A stretch of 64,000 nt of DNA, taken from NCBI RefSeq assembly GCF_009914755.1, contig NC_060930.1, one strand, 5' to 3'. The notes below the pieces were generated by a model. That model searched no databases, was not told the origin of the DNA, and worked only from the letters and a program-made list of their open reading frames with translations. The stretch's first letter is position 1. Each line of letters begins with the position of its first letter. The stretch comes from the human T2T-CHM13v2.0 reference genome, Homo sapiens. The position numbers and the translations under genes are program-made. This document shows, piece by piece, positions 51,113-64,000 of this stretch.

Positions 51113-53226
51113 TGATATAGTTTGGATGTGTCCCCACCCAAATCTCACCTTGCATTGTAATAATTCCCACGTGTCAAGGGTGGGGCCAGGTGCAGATAAC
51201 TGAATCATGGGGATGGTTCCCCCCATACTGTTCTCGTGGTAGTGAATAAGTCTCATGAGATCGGATGGTTTTATAAATGGGAGTTCCCCTGCACATGCTC
51301 TCTCCTGCCTGCCACTATGTGAGACATGCTTTTGCACCTCCTTGCCTTCCACCATGATTGTGAGGCCTCCCCAGCCATGCAGAACTGTGAGTCAATTCAA
51401 CCTCTTTCCTTTATAAATTACCCAGTCTCAGGTATGTCTTTATTTGCAGTGTGAGAACAGATTAATACAACAAATTGATACCAGTAGAGTGGGGTGCTGC
51501 TGTAAAGATACCCGAAAATGTGGAAGCAACTTTGGAAATGGGTAACAGGGAGAGGCTGGAACAGTTTGGAAGGCTCAGAAGAGGATAGGAAAATGTGGGA
51601 AAGTTTGGAACTTCCTAGAGACTTGTTGAATGGCTTTGACCAAAATGTTAACAGTGATATGAACAATAAGGTCCAGGCGGAGGTGGTCTCAGAGGGAGAT
51701 GAGGAATTTGTTGGGAAATGGAGTAAAGTCACTCTTACTATGCAAAGACACTGCAGGCATTGTGCACCTGTATTAGAAACGGGCATAAGATAGGCGGGAA
51801 AGAGTGAAAATAAGAATTTTTTTCTAGAGTTCCCTAGAGATCTGTGGAACTTTGAACTTGAGAGAGATGATTTAAGGTATCTGACAGAAGACATTTCTAA
51901 GCAGCAAAGCATTCGAGAAGAAGCAGAGCATAAAAGTTCAGAAAATTTGTAGCCTGATGATGCAACAGAAAAGAAAAATCTATTTTCTGAGGAGACTGGG
52001 TTGTAGAAATTTGCATAAGTAATGAGGAGCCAAATGTTAATCACCAAGACAATGGGGCAAACGTCTCCAGGGCATGTTAGAGACCCTCACAGCAGACCCT
52101 CCCATCACAGGCCAGGAGGCTTAGAAAGAAAAATGGTTTTGTGGGTCCAGAAACCCCTGCTGTGTGCAGCCTAGGAACTTGGTGCCCTGCATCCCAGCTG
52201 CTCCTGCCATAGGTAAAAGGGGCCAAGGTACACCTCAGGCCATGGCTTCAGAGGATGCAAGTTCCAAGCCTTTCAGGTTCTAGGTGGTGTTAAGCCTGCA
52301 GATGCACCGAAGTCAAGAATTAACGTTCACGAACCTCCGCCTAGATTTCAGAAGATGTATGAAAATGCCTGGAAATCCAGGCAAAAGTTTGCTGCGGGGG
52401 GGAAGGGGGGCCCTCATGGATAACCTCTGGTAGGGCAGTGTCAAAGGGAAATATGGGGTTGGAGCCCCCACACAGAGTCCCCACTGGGGTACTGCCAAGC
52501 AGAGCTGTGAGAAAAGGGCCACCATCCTCCAGACCCCAGAATGGTAGATCCACTGACAGCTTGCACTGTGTGCCTGGAAAAGCTGCAGACACTCAATGCA
52601 GCCAGAAGGGGGGCTGTACCCTGCAAAGTCACAGGGGCGGGGCTGCCCAAGACCCTGGGAACCCACTTCTTGCATCACCTAGATGTGACACATGGAGTCA
52701 AAGGAGGTCATTTTGGAGCTTTAAGATTTGCCTGCTGGGTTTTGGACTTGCATGGGGCCTGTAGCTCTTTCGCTTTGGCCAATTTCTCCCATTTGAAACG
52801 AGTGTATTTACCCAATGCTTGTATCCCTGTGTATCTAGAAAATAACTCACTTGCTTTTGATTTTACAGGCTCATAGGTGGAAGGGACTTGCCTTGTCTCA
52901 GATGAGACTTTGGACTATGGAATTTTGAGTTAATGCTGAAATAAGAGTTTGGGGGACTTTGGGGAAGGCATGATTGCTTTTGAAATGTGAGGACATGAGA
53001 TTTGGGAGGGGCCAGGGAAGAATTATATGGTTTGGCTCTGTCCCCACCCAAATCTCATCTTGAATTGTAACAATTCCCATGTGTCAAGGGTGGGGCCAGG
53101 TGGAGATAATTGAATCATGGAGGCAGTTTCCCCCATGCTGTTCTCATGGTAGTGAATAAGTCTCATGAGATCTGATGGTTTTATAAATGGGAGTTCCCCT
53201 GCACGTGCTCTCTCCTGCCCACCATG
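51113..53226 (+). mobile_element. THE1 (C/D-like) MaLR provirus: 5' LTR 51113-51469, internal region, 3' LTR 53023-~53226 truncated
   Basis: Two highly similar LTR starts, internal THE1-int peptide (WKQLWKWVTGRGWNSLEGSEEDRKMWESL) and polypurine tract GATTTGGGAGGGGCCAGGG before the 3' LTR. Confidence 0.92.
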
Positions 53227-53470
53227 TCTGACTAAATTTTGTATTTTTACTAGAGACGGGGTTTCACTATGTTGGCCAGGCTGGCCTCCAACTCCTGATC
53301 TCGTGATCCGTCCACCCCGACCTCTCAAAGTGCTAGGATTATAGGCATAAGCCACCACACCCGGCCTCTTTTTTTTCTTTTTCTTTTTTTATCTGGAGAC
53401 TGAGTTATGCACTCGTTGCCCAGGCTGGAGTGCAATGGTGCGATCTCAGCTCACTGCAGTCTCCACCTCA
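53220..53470 (-). mobile_element. Two partial Alus (a left arm, then a truncated right arm)
   Basis: Left arm 53220-53365; T-tract plus right-arm fragment 53368-53470 ending abruptly at CCACCTC. Confidence 0.85.
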
Positions 53471-54304
53471 GCAGGAGAGCAGGAATCTTCAGTGATCCAC
53501 GGGCAGATCTGCAGCCATTGTGGGCACCTGTTCCTCCCGCGACCTTTGTGCCCGTGTCTCTCTCTCCTGTACCTATTGCACGACCCCCCACGTCCGCCTC
53601 CTGTCATTGCCAGCAAGTGCCTTGCACGGGTACCTGGCTGCGCTTATTAATCCATTACGGTCGCTCTGTCACTGGTGCCATTATGTGCTCACGCGCCCAC
53701 TCCCTCAGGTTTAGAAGGCGTGTTGCCCGGCAACAGAAGAATCTGCTGGCTTAGCCTTTGGCCGAGTTGGCAGCTGGACGAGGACGCTCAGAGCCCAGCT
53801 CTCGAGAGTTCAAGCATCCGACGGTTCCCCACTGCTCCCAGGAGCGGTTACCCGGGCACTCTGTGCCCCTCATTCCTGTTTGGGCCAAGGCCGAGGACCT
53901 CCGAGTAGGGCTCAGTTGCCTGGAGCCCCTTCAGCCCATCCCCGAGTTCACTTTGCTTGTGGGATCTCCCCGTTGCTCCTGCCCCTGGACTGAGTGGCAG
54001 GCCATCCTACAAGCACCCGGACACTCGACATCAGTGGTGTCAAGACAACTCTAAGAAGGTTTTCCGTGATCCTGCAAGACCTGTGTTCCATCCTGGTGAT
54101 TCTGCCTTCAATTTCACTGTACAGGTACCACAGTAAGCCAGTGCTGTCTGCTCCGAGTTCCAGGGCATCCCCCAGCTCAGCCACTACACTGAGCACAAGG
54201 ACTCTGTGGGGCCCAGGAGCAGGTAGTCACCCCTTTGGGGTCCACAACACCCGGCTGTCCCCAGACTTGTGTCCAGGGAAGATAGTGTTAAGGGCCCTCA
54301 AGGA

Positions 54305-54943
54305 GAGCGGGGCAGGGATGCCTGAGCAGGACAAGGACCCTAGAGTCCAAGAGAATCCTGATGATCAGAGAAGAGTCCCCGAGGTCACTGGGGATGCACG
54401 ATCTGCATTTTGGCCCCTGCGGGACAATGGAGTCCTCTTTCCCTTTGTGCCCAGTCCCGGGCATCTGCAGACATACCTCCATGCCCAGAGGTCAGAAATC
54501 AGATATAACCAGACATCCCAGACCACCTGGACGAGCTCATGCACCAACCAAAATGCCATCTCCAGCTCCTACAGCTCTGCGGGAGGCTTGCTGGGGCTAA
54601 AGTGGAGGAGGGGGCCAGCGGAGCAAAAGAGCAGGGCAGGGATGCCTGAGCAGGACAAGGACCCCAGAGTCCAAGAAAATCCTGATGATCAGAGAACGGT
54701 CCCCGAGGTCACCGGGGATGCACGGTCTACAGTTCGGCCCCTGCGGGACAGTGGAGGCCTCTCTCCCTTTGTGCCCAGGCCCGGGCCTCTGCAGACAGAC
54801 CTCCATGCCCAGAGCTCAGAAATCAGATATAACCAGACATCCCAGACCTCCTGGACGAGCTCGAGCACCAAACGAAATGCCATCTCCAGCTCCTACAGCT
54901 CCACGGGAGGCTTGCTGGGGCTAAAGCAGAGGAGGGGGCCAGC
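54305..54943 (+). repeat. 324-bp tandem duplication (108 codons) within the POM121L frame
   Basis: ATGCCTGAGCAGGACAAGGACCC at 54318 and 54642; units colinear through GGAGGAGGGGGCCAGC. Confidence 0.95.
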
Positions 54944-56046
54944 CTCATCCCGCTGCCAGCTGACCCTCAGTTACTCAAAGACAGTGAGTGAGGACAGGCC
55001 TCAGGCTGTCTCTTCGGGTCACACACGGTGTGAAAAGGCGGCAGATACAGCACCAGGGCAGACACTCGCCCCAAGGGGTGGCTCCCCCAGATCCCAGGGC
55101 TCTAGGCCCCGTAGACGCAAGATTGCCCTGCTGCCACACAGGTGAGGGGAGCCTTTGATGCTGCCACCTCCCTTAGAGCTGGGGTACCGGGTCACGGCTG
55201 AAGACCTGCACCTGGAAAAAGAGGGGGCATTCCAGCGGATCAACAGTGCGCTGCAGGTTGAGGACAAGGCCATCTTGGACTGCAGACCCTCATGGCCTTC
55301 CCACACTCTGTCCTCACTTGCAACAGGGGCTTCTGGTGAGCCTCCCGTTTCTAAAGCACCCACTATGGATGCACAGCAGGACAGACCCAAGTCCCAAGAC
55401 TGCCTGGGCCTAGTGGCCCCCCTTGCATCTGCTGCAGAGATCCCCTCTACAGCTCCCGTGTCTGGGAAGAAGCACAGACCACCAGGACCCCTGTTCTCCT
55501 CCTCAGATCCCCTTCCTGCCACCTCTTCCCACTCCCGGGACTCAGCCCAGGTCACCTCGCTGATTCCTGCGGCCTTCACAGCTGCAAGCATGGATGCCGG
55601 CATGAGAAGAACAAGGCCTGGCACGTCGGCTCCTGCAGCTGCCGCGGCAGCCCCTCCCCCCTCCACATTGAACCCCACGTCGGGGTCACTACTCAATGCA
55701 GTGGATGGAGGCCCTTCACATTTCTGGGCCTCAGCCACAGCTGCAGCAGGTGCCCAGAGGTCAGAAGTGAGATATAACCAGAGATCCCAGACCTCCCGGA
55801 CCAGATCGTGCCGCAAACAAAATGCCAGCTCGAGCTCCCACAGCTCTACGGAAGGCCTCCCGGAACAAAAGGATGCCGGCATGAGAAGAATGTTTTGTGT
55901 TCGAAATTGTTTGAGGGGTTTGGGTTTATTTTTGTTGGTTTTTTTTTTTTTTTTGCTTACATGGGCATCCTTCAGCTTTTAATAATCTGAAAAATTCTAT
56001 TTACCCATTGTCAATGTGTATAAATTAACCTGAGTCAATTTTATAC

Positions 56047-56052
56047 AATAAA
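56047..56052 (+). promoter_or_regulatory. Polyadenylation signal of the POM121L unit
   Basis: AATAAA 65 nt after the frame's TAA, followed ~20-40 nt later by an A-rich tract. Confidence 0.55.
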
Positions 56053-56800
56053 AGGTGAACTTTTATGCATGAAACAATAATTTAACAAAAAATGTACTGG
56101 GAGAAGAATGTTCATTACAAATATAGGAAACATAAATATTACCAAATATTGGCAAGCACTAAAATGTTCAGAAATATAAGTCTATTACAGTTATAGCTCT
56201 CTCAAGCAAAAAAATAGCAGAGAAAAACTTAGTTTACCTTAGGGGCTATTTATTTACTTAGAGATTTGTTAAAAGGTCAAATGGGGTCACACAGAATACT
56301 AAGAAGAGCTGTTCACCCAGGCCTCACTAAGAACTCTTCTTCATTCAGTAGCTATATGGTAATATGACAACTGCTCCTACGACCCAAAGAGGAACTACAG
56401 CAACTACTCTTTAGCATCTGTTGCTCCCAACTCTGCTTTGCAATTATATGACTCAAGCATTCTGGCTCCGTTAACTATTAACTGCTGTTACTCCCAATTA
56501 AATTCCCTCTAAAAAATAAAAATTTTTAAAGCTGCAATTTAAGCTTTCTGCTGCCTCATGACTTCAATTCCATCAGAGTTATGCATTGTTTCCTCTGTAC
56601 ATCTTTGCTCTGCTTCCATTGCTAATTCCCTAGTAAAGTGTTGTATATTCAAAGTTCCAAAGAAACAGAATATCCAAGACATCACCAATCATCCAAAACA
56701 CAGTGTAGGAGGCCACAGTTAAGAGAAGCAAGACCATTAGCTCTTTTTATAGGCTTGAGAACAACAGGATGCTTTGGTCCTGTATCAGCAGGATGCTTTT

Positions 56801-56857
56801 CGGGTAGATCCTACTGCCACCCTACTATCGGGTAGATCCTACTGCCACCCTAGCTAT
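56801..56857. repeat. 28-bp tandem duplication
   Basis: CGGGTAGATCCTACTGCCACCCTA(G)CTAT twice. Confidence 0.9.
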
Positions 56858-57075
56858 GGGCACATGTCAGAGTCCCATGTAATAAAGGAGACAAAAGGAA
56901 ACCACCATGAGTATAAACTAAGAAAAGTACTCCAAGGTTTCTAAGAATGGAGCTGTATAACTCACTTTGCCCCATTTGTTACTTCTCCACGGTACTTACC
57001 ACCACCTATTACATATATTTTGTTTATAGTCAGTCTTCCCTCATTAGAATGAAAGTTCCGTGAGGACAGGACTAT

Positions 57076-57380
57076 ACAGTCAGCCCTCAGTATCCATGGG
57101 GGACTAGTTTCAGGATCTCCTGAGGATAACAAAGGATACTCAAGTCCCTGATATAAAATGACACAGTATTTGCACATCACCTTTGCACATCCTCCCATAT
57201 ACTTCATATCAACTCTAGATCACTCATAATATCCGATGTAAATGTCATGCAAATAGTTATTGTACTATATTGTGTAAGGGATAAGGAGAAGAAAAAAGTC
57301 TGTACATGTTCAGTACAGACGCAATTTCTTTTCCCAATATTTCCAATCCTTGGTTGGCTTAATAAACAGATGTAGAACCC
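57076..57380. mobile_element. MER2-like (Tigger family) element followed by an L1MA 3' end (~57380-57605)
   Basis: CAGTCAGCCCTCAGTATCCATGGGGGA start; then GGAATAAGTTCTGGTGTCCTATTGCATAG L1MA 3'UTR. Confidence 0.75.
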
Positions 57381-57863
57381 AGGAATAAGTTCTGGTGTCC
57401 TATTGCATAGTAGGATGAGTATAGTTAACAATAACGTATCATATATTTGAAAATAGCCAGAAGAGTAGATTTTGAATTTTCTCCCTACAGAAAAATCATT
57501 ATGCAAATTACCCTGATTTGATCATTACACATTGAGTACGTGTATTAAAACATCACATTGTACCCCGTATATATGTACAATTATTATGTGTCAATAAAAA
57601 TTTAATGTCAATATGTGAAATAAAATGAAAAAATAAAAATTTTTAAAGCTGTAATTATCTCCATCTGGTAGGAATATATATAATCTGAAATAAAAAATAT
57701 ATTTGTAATTGTTAGGACAAAATAGATTATAGATTATTTTAAGTTTGCAAATTATAAATTATAAAATTCTCACAGAACCTGAAAAATTATTGGTATTGTT
57801 AAATATTTAAAAAGCTGTCCTTGGAGAGAAAGAAACTTATCAGATTTACATCAACAAGTGTAA

Positions 57864-58902
<1,039 letters not shown>

Positions 58903-58921
58903 CCATCCTATAAGCTACAGA

Positions 58922-59420
<499 letters not shown>

Positions 59421-60741
59421 TAGACAATATGAAATAAATATAAAGCAGTCTCAACTTTGGAAAAACAGAAGACTCTTACTGCCTCATAATATAGATGAAA
59501 AATGAAATACTAAGTTAAGTAAAATGTTCTTTAAAGAACAAAAACAAAAGAAAACCTAATGAAAGCTTTAAAAGTCCATTGGATAATAATGCTACCAGTA
59601 CTAAGGAAGTACAGCCCCTAAAAGTGACTTGCAGTCACAAATATAAAAATGACTATTCAAGTGAACTCCTAAGGTAAAAATTTGTTATTCACCATGCTCC
59701 AAAATGGTCTGTAATATTCTTCAGAGATGGCATGGTAAAGTACGATACAAGGGTAATATTAACAGTATGCTGTCACAGGTGCCATTCTCTTAAAAAAGAA
59801 ATCCCAAAATAAATATAAATGGAAAGCAAATAATTAAACACACTAAATACAGATTATTACAAAAATCCATAAGGAATTCTGGTGGAGAAACAACTTAATA
59901 ATCAAAATCCCAAATATAAAATTTATCTATCAAAAATGAAAATGCTGACATACAGTTTCTTGCAAAAAAAAAGTTTAGAAATTTTTAAATATAAATAAAT
60001 AAGAACATCTTTTTAAACAAAATCTTAGGCTGTTGAGTCCCGTTTATTTTCTACACCTCTAATTCCAAAGCTGAGAAACAAACGGATACTTCAGGAAAAA
60101 AATAATAACTCATGACAATTTGTCTTTTGGACACAGAATATAAAGGAAAAATAAAATTTATGTCTATCTGGCCAGACCTCAATTGAATTTTTCATCCTAG
60201 CTGGATCCTAAATCCAAATCAGATACTTATCAATAAAACTGTTTTTCTACACAGCTACTACTAGCTAGAAACTGCTTCTCCAAATTTATACTGACCATTT
60301 CTTCTAAAATGTGGAAATTCTAGCTGATAGTTTTTAAAAAACCATTCTTAATGTACTGATTCCAGAGTACTAATTCCAATGGCCAAGAAAATTCAAAAAG
60401 ATTTGGAGTGGTCTCTGAGATTAGAATGTGTGACAATGTGAAGCATTTCACTACAATGTCCAAGATTAAAGTGTCAAAGCAGATGAGGAAATGAAGCTCC
60501 CAAAACAGATGCCCATGAGAAAGGAGCCCAGAAAAGCAAAAGGGGCCACAGCCCAGGACCTTACAATAAAGAAAAGTGGCTCTGGCCCCAGGGTATCCTT
60601 CCTGAAACACTGGGAAAGAATGAAGTCCTTAGCAAAATTCTGACCAGGATCCCAAATTTAAATGTAAGCTTGTAAGGAAAACACCTATGGACTTGTGTTT
60701 AATTTGTCCATCTAAGATATAAAATTACAAGTTTGACCAAA

Positions 60742-61360
60742 TGTGCCAGTTGTCCACTTATTGTCTCTCAGCTCTGAATTCAACCTTTCATGTCTGCTCT
60801 GCAGAAATGAACTTGGACCCTTTAAACATTTTTCCTTTGCTAGTTGGCATGATGTTAGATCGACATTGTAAGAGGAGATTTTCCTCTTCTTTCCAAGAGT
60901 CTTGTGTGCTCCTCTTGGCAGGCTTCTGTACTGCAACACAGCTTCTCCAGTGTCCAGATCCAGAACCCGTGCAGTTTGCTCCATTGTCAGGCTCCTGAAG
61001 TGCACAGCAGTCAGCAGCACCGAGTATCTTCCACCAGTACCTCCACAAGGCAGTATTACAGCAGAGTGATTCTGATGAGACAGATTTCTACCACAGCAAC
61101 TTCTCTTCATTCAGTGAGCCACAGCCATGCCCCCTCAAACAGGGTCTGGATCTGAATCCCAGAGGCCCTGGATGTTGTATCTCAACCCCAGGGGTTGACG
61201 CTCCTTTTATCTGTTATTCTTATATTCCTTAGAGTTCTCTTTACTTTTTACTAGCCAATCCTCATTGCTCCAAACCCTGTTATAGCTAGCAATTCTTCGT
61301 ATTAATCTTTCCTTGTTCAAATTACATGTGATTTCTCTATTCTAATCAAACACTGACTGA
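60742..61360 (+). mobile_element. Old ERVL-type solo LTR (LTR41/LTR52-like)
   Basis: TGTGCCAGTTGTCCACTTATTGTCTCTCAGCTC ... GGACCCTTTAAACATTTTTCCTTTGC ... CTGACTGATA resembles the recalled consensus. Confidence 0.55.
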
Positions 61361-61991
61361 TAGATCAAATTTCAGGCAATTAATCAAGCAGAAAATTATA
61401 GGGCATTATGCCTAATTTGTTATTTTATATATTAGCAAACACATAAGATCTGATAATCAGAAAGTTTAGAGCACTAAACCAAAGTCTCTAAAGAAACAAT
61501 GGAAGGAATCAGTAACGGTCTTTGCTTTGACTTATTATTTTCTATTGGTTAGAATCTAACACAGCCATGTGAGGGTCCCTGGTATTATAACATACACAAC
61601 ACTGACAGCAATCCCCATGAGTCTTATCTGGTGTTGACACAAAGGAACAACGCCCCGTGGACTTGGAAAGGACCGCAGCGCAAGCATCAGGGTGTCCTTG
61701 TATGACTGAATGACGTTCTTCCAAGGCTTCTGCGACCTCTTTCTGCACTCTGTCCCCATGCTGCTGCAGCCTCACTGTCTTGCTGGCTGTCTCATTGCAT
61801 TAGAGAAATACATCTTTGACATATGCTCCGTATGTGTTTCTATGAAAGTCATGTTTTTAACTTTTTAAAAATGATACTTGGACAGAAATGTGGCAAATAT
61901 ATATCAAGGTTCTCAAGTGAATATCTCTTCTCTGCAACAGGAATGTCGCTTCTAGAAATTTTCCCTCTGAATAGAATTAGATAGAAGTTGA

Positions 61992-62347
<356 letters not shown>

Positions 62348-62361
62348 TTAAAAAAAATGCC

Positions 62362-62578
62362 ACTGGTTCTCAACCTAGGGTGATTTTGTCCTCCAGGGGA
62401 CATTTGGCAATGTCTAGTGACAGTGTTGATTACCACAGCTAAGGGGAAGGGATGTTTCTGGCATCCAGTGGGCAGAGACCAGAATGTGAAGCCACATCCT
62501 GCAGTGTCCAGGGCAGTGTCTCTGAAAAGGATGGGCTAACCCAAACTGCCCATGGTACCGAGGCTGAGAAACCCTCAC
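62362..62578. mobile_element. MER20-like DNA transposon
   Basis: GGTTCTCAACC...GGGGACATTTGGCAATGTCT ... GCTGAGAAACCCT. Confidence 0.8.
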
Positions 62579-63099
62579 TTAATGTACCACCCTAGGGATT
62601 AGGAGGAATGAATTAAAGTGGAATGTTTCACAACCATTTTAATTATGATTAAAAAAAAAACTATGATATTGTCCATGTATATTTATGTTTAAGACTTATT
62701 GTTAGGTAAAAAAATTATAAAATTATATTTGTGGTGTTCATATGATCAGAAAAAATACATTAATTAAAATTTCATATGTAAAGAATATTACATCTTTCAT
62801 GTTTTCCATAGAATGAATACATTTTTGTATGTATGTGTATATACACAGAGAGGGAGAAAGACAAAGTAGCACATAAATAAAAATACATACATTTTACTAC
62901 CTATTACAGTATTTACTCTTCTACACACTTCTCAGTTCATGTATATACGGGAGGTTTCTTACATCCTGCATGGATGCCTGAGGTTCCACCACTAAGGAGT
63001 CTTGTCCCTAAGTGAAGAAGTCATTAAAGCTGTTTATGTAAAGCCTGTGTCTTGGAGACAGGGTGTTATCTCTTTATCAGTCACATGCATTGGGTATGA

Positions 63100-63140
63100 A
63101 ATGGCCGATTGGATTGGCTGGCGTGCCTGTCACTCCACAC
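63100..63140 (-). promoter_or_regulatory. Candidate promoter module: tandem CCAAT boxes next to a TGACAG (TALE homeodomain) site
   Basis: Minus strand reads GGAGTGACAG-gcacgcc-AGCCAATCCAATCGG, within a non-repeat, GC-richer stretch (63.1-63.75 kb). Confidence 0.35.
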
Positions 63141-64000
63141 CGCCCTGGGACCAGACAGCTTTGGTGACCGAGCTGGAGAGGGGCTCCAGAGCTGGACTGA
63201 CCCTGAGAAGGCTCCACCTCAGAGCAGCACAGGGAGGAGATGAGGCCCCACTGGTTTCCCTGGGGCCAGGCCTCATGTCAAATTGCAGAAACAGCCTGAG
63301 GACAGAGCCATGGAGAGCTGAGGAGAGGGCAGGCTTGTCCATTCCAACTTCCATCTCTGCCTCTGACCCACATCTGTGGAATCAGGGCGGTGAACCAGAA
63401 GCCTCTGGAGTTTCTCAGTGCTCTGATCCCGTGAATTCCTCCTCTGTCCCCGTGATTTCCCAATGAATGGATGCTTCCCATTCTCACCAAGTGCCTGTTG
63501 AAACTTTCCTCAGCCTGACAGCTTTCTTCTGTTACTTTCAAATGATGACAGGCTCCCAGGAGGAAAGTTTAGGTAAACCTCTCTTCAAGTGCTGCGTCCC
63601 AAAAGTCCCAAAGAACTGTCTACCTATGAGGCGCTCTCAGGACCTGGGACGTGTGATCACGGTATCCGGGGAGCAGCCAGCGCTGCGCCCTGGGGAGGAG
63701 GAGGCGCCGGGTTACTGGCTCCGGGCTGCATCCCCTCGTCTGGGTCTGTGCTGTTCCTGCACTTCATAACATAATTTTCCTCTTATTCCTTAAGGCTCAA
63801 CAAGTCTTCTACTGCTCTCAGTCACTTTATCCTGGGAGTCAGATGTTTGCCTGGTTTTTTAGTGCATGTGAATACCTACCCAAAATTGCTCTGTGATTTT
63901 CAAAATGCTAAATTCCGTAGATTCTTTGAGACCAGTGACTTTCACTCTTTCAATCCATTTCCATTGGGTTGAACTGTGAAGTATGATGGGAAGAGAAAAG

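Larger units (their letters stand above)
53994..56090 (+). pseudogene. POM121L: Intronless POM121-like (POM121L1-like family) pseudogene
   Basis: Peptides LWGPGAGSHPFGVHNTRLSPDLCPGKIVLRALKESGAGMPEQDKDPRVQ, NAISSSYSSTGG and LLPHR*GEPLMLPPPLELGYRVTAEDLHLEK match the POM121L family. The family start (MDSLWGP) appears degraded at ~54197, there is an in-frame TGA at 55143-55145, and a 3'UTR-like tail carries AATAAA. Confidence 0.92.

Noticed and set aside
51418-52876. ORFs within THE1-int
   Set aside because: Fragments of the degenerate MaLR internal region, interrupted by stops.
55019-55882. 287-aa minus-strand ORF
   Set aside because: Antisense shadow of the GC-rich POM121L frame with no independent homology recognised.

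Overview
Primate (human/great-ape type) genomic DNA with no intact protein-coding gene. It reads as a mosaic segmental duplication of the GUSBP/SMA-type family, with copies known on 5p, 5q13 and 6p; the exact copy cannot be fixed from sequence alone. At least four blocks are visible. (1) 1-~34.7 kb: AT-rich DNA rich in L1 and MaLR elements, including three 5'-inverted L1s, a near full-length old L1, a 70-bp tandem repeat and an old ~300-bp local duplication. (2) ~34.7-47.8 kb: Alu-dense, minus-strand unprocessed beta-glucuronidase pseudogene retaining GUSB exon 5, the 5' part of exon 6, and exons 9, 10 and 11. Exons 1-4, 7, 8 and 12 are absent, the Glu540 nucleophile codon reads Ala, and a young L1PA2-type insertion sits in intron 10. 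(3) ~47.8-53.2 kb: repeat block ending in a THE1 provirus cut inside its 3' LTR. (4) ~53.4-56.1 kb: intronless plus-strand POM121L1-like pseudogene with an in-frame 324-bp tandem duplication, one internal TGA and a polyA signal, followed by repeat-rich DNA and a promoter-like GC-richer stretch near 63 kb. Best observations: the GUSB deletion scar creates a candidate splice donor that would restore the GUSB frame into exon 9; block boundaries fall inside Alu/LTR sequences; and the POM121L frame is open for ~2 kb except for a single stop. I see no evidence of a new biological system beyond this known class of chimeric duplicon. Repeat subfamily names come from recalled consensus sequences, not a RepeatMasker run.
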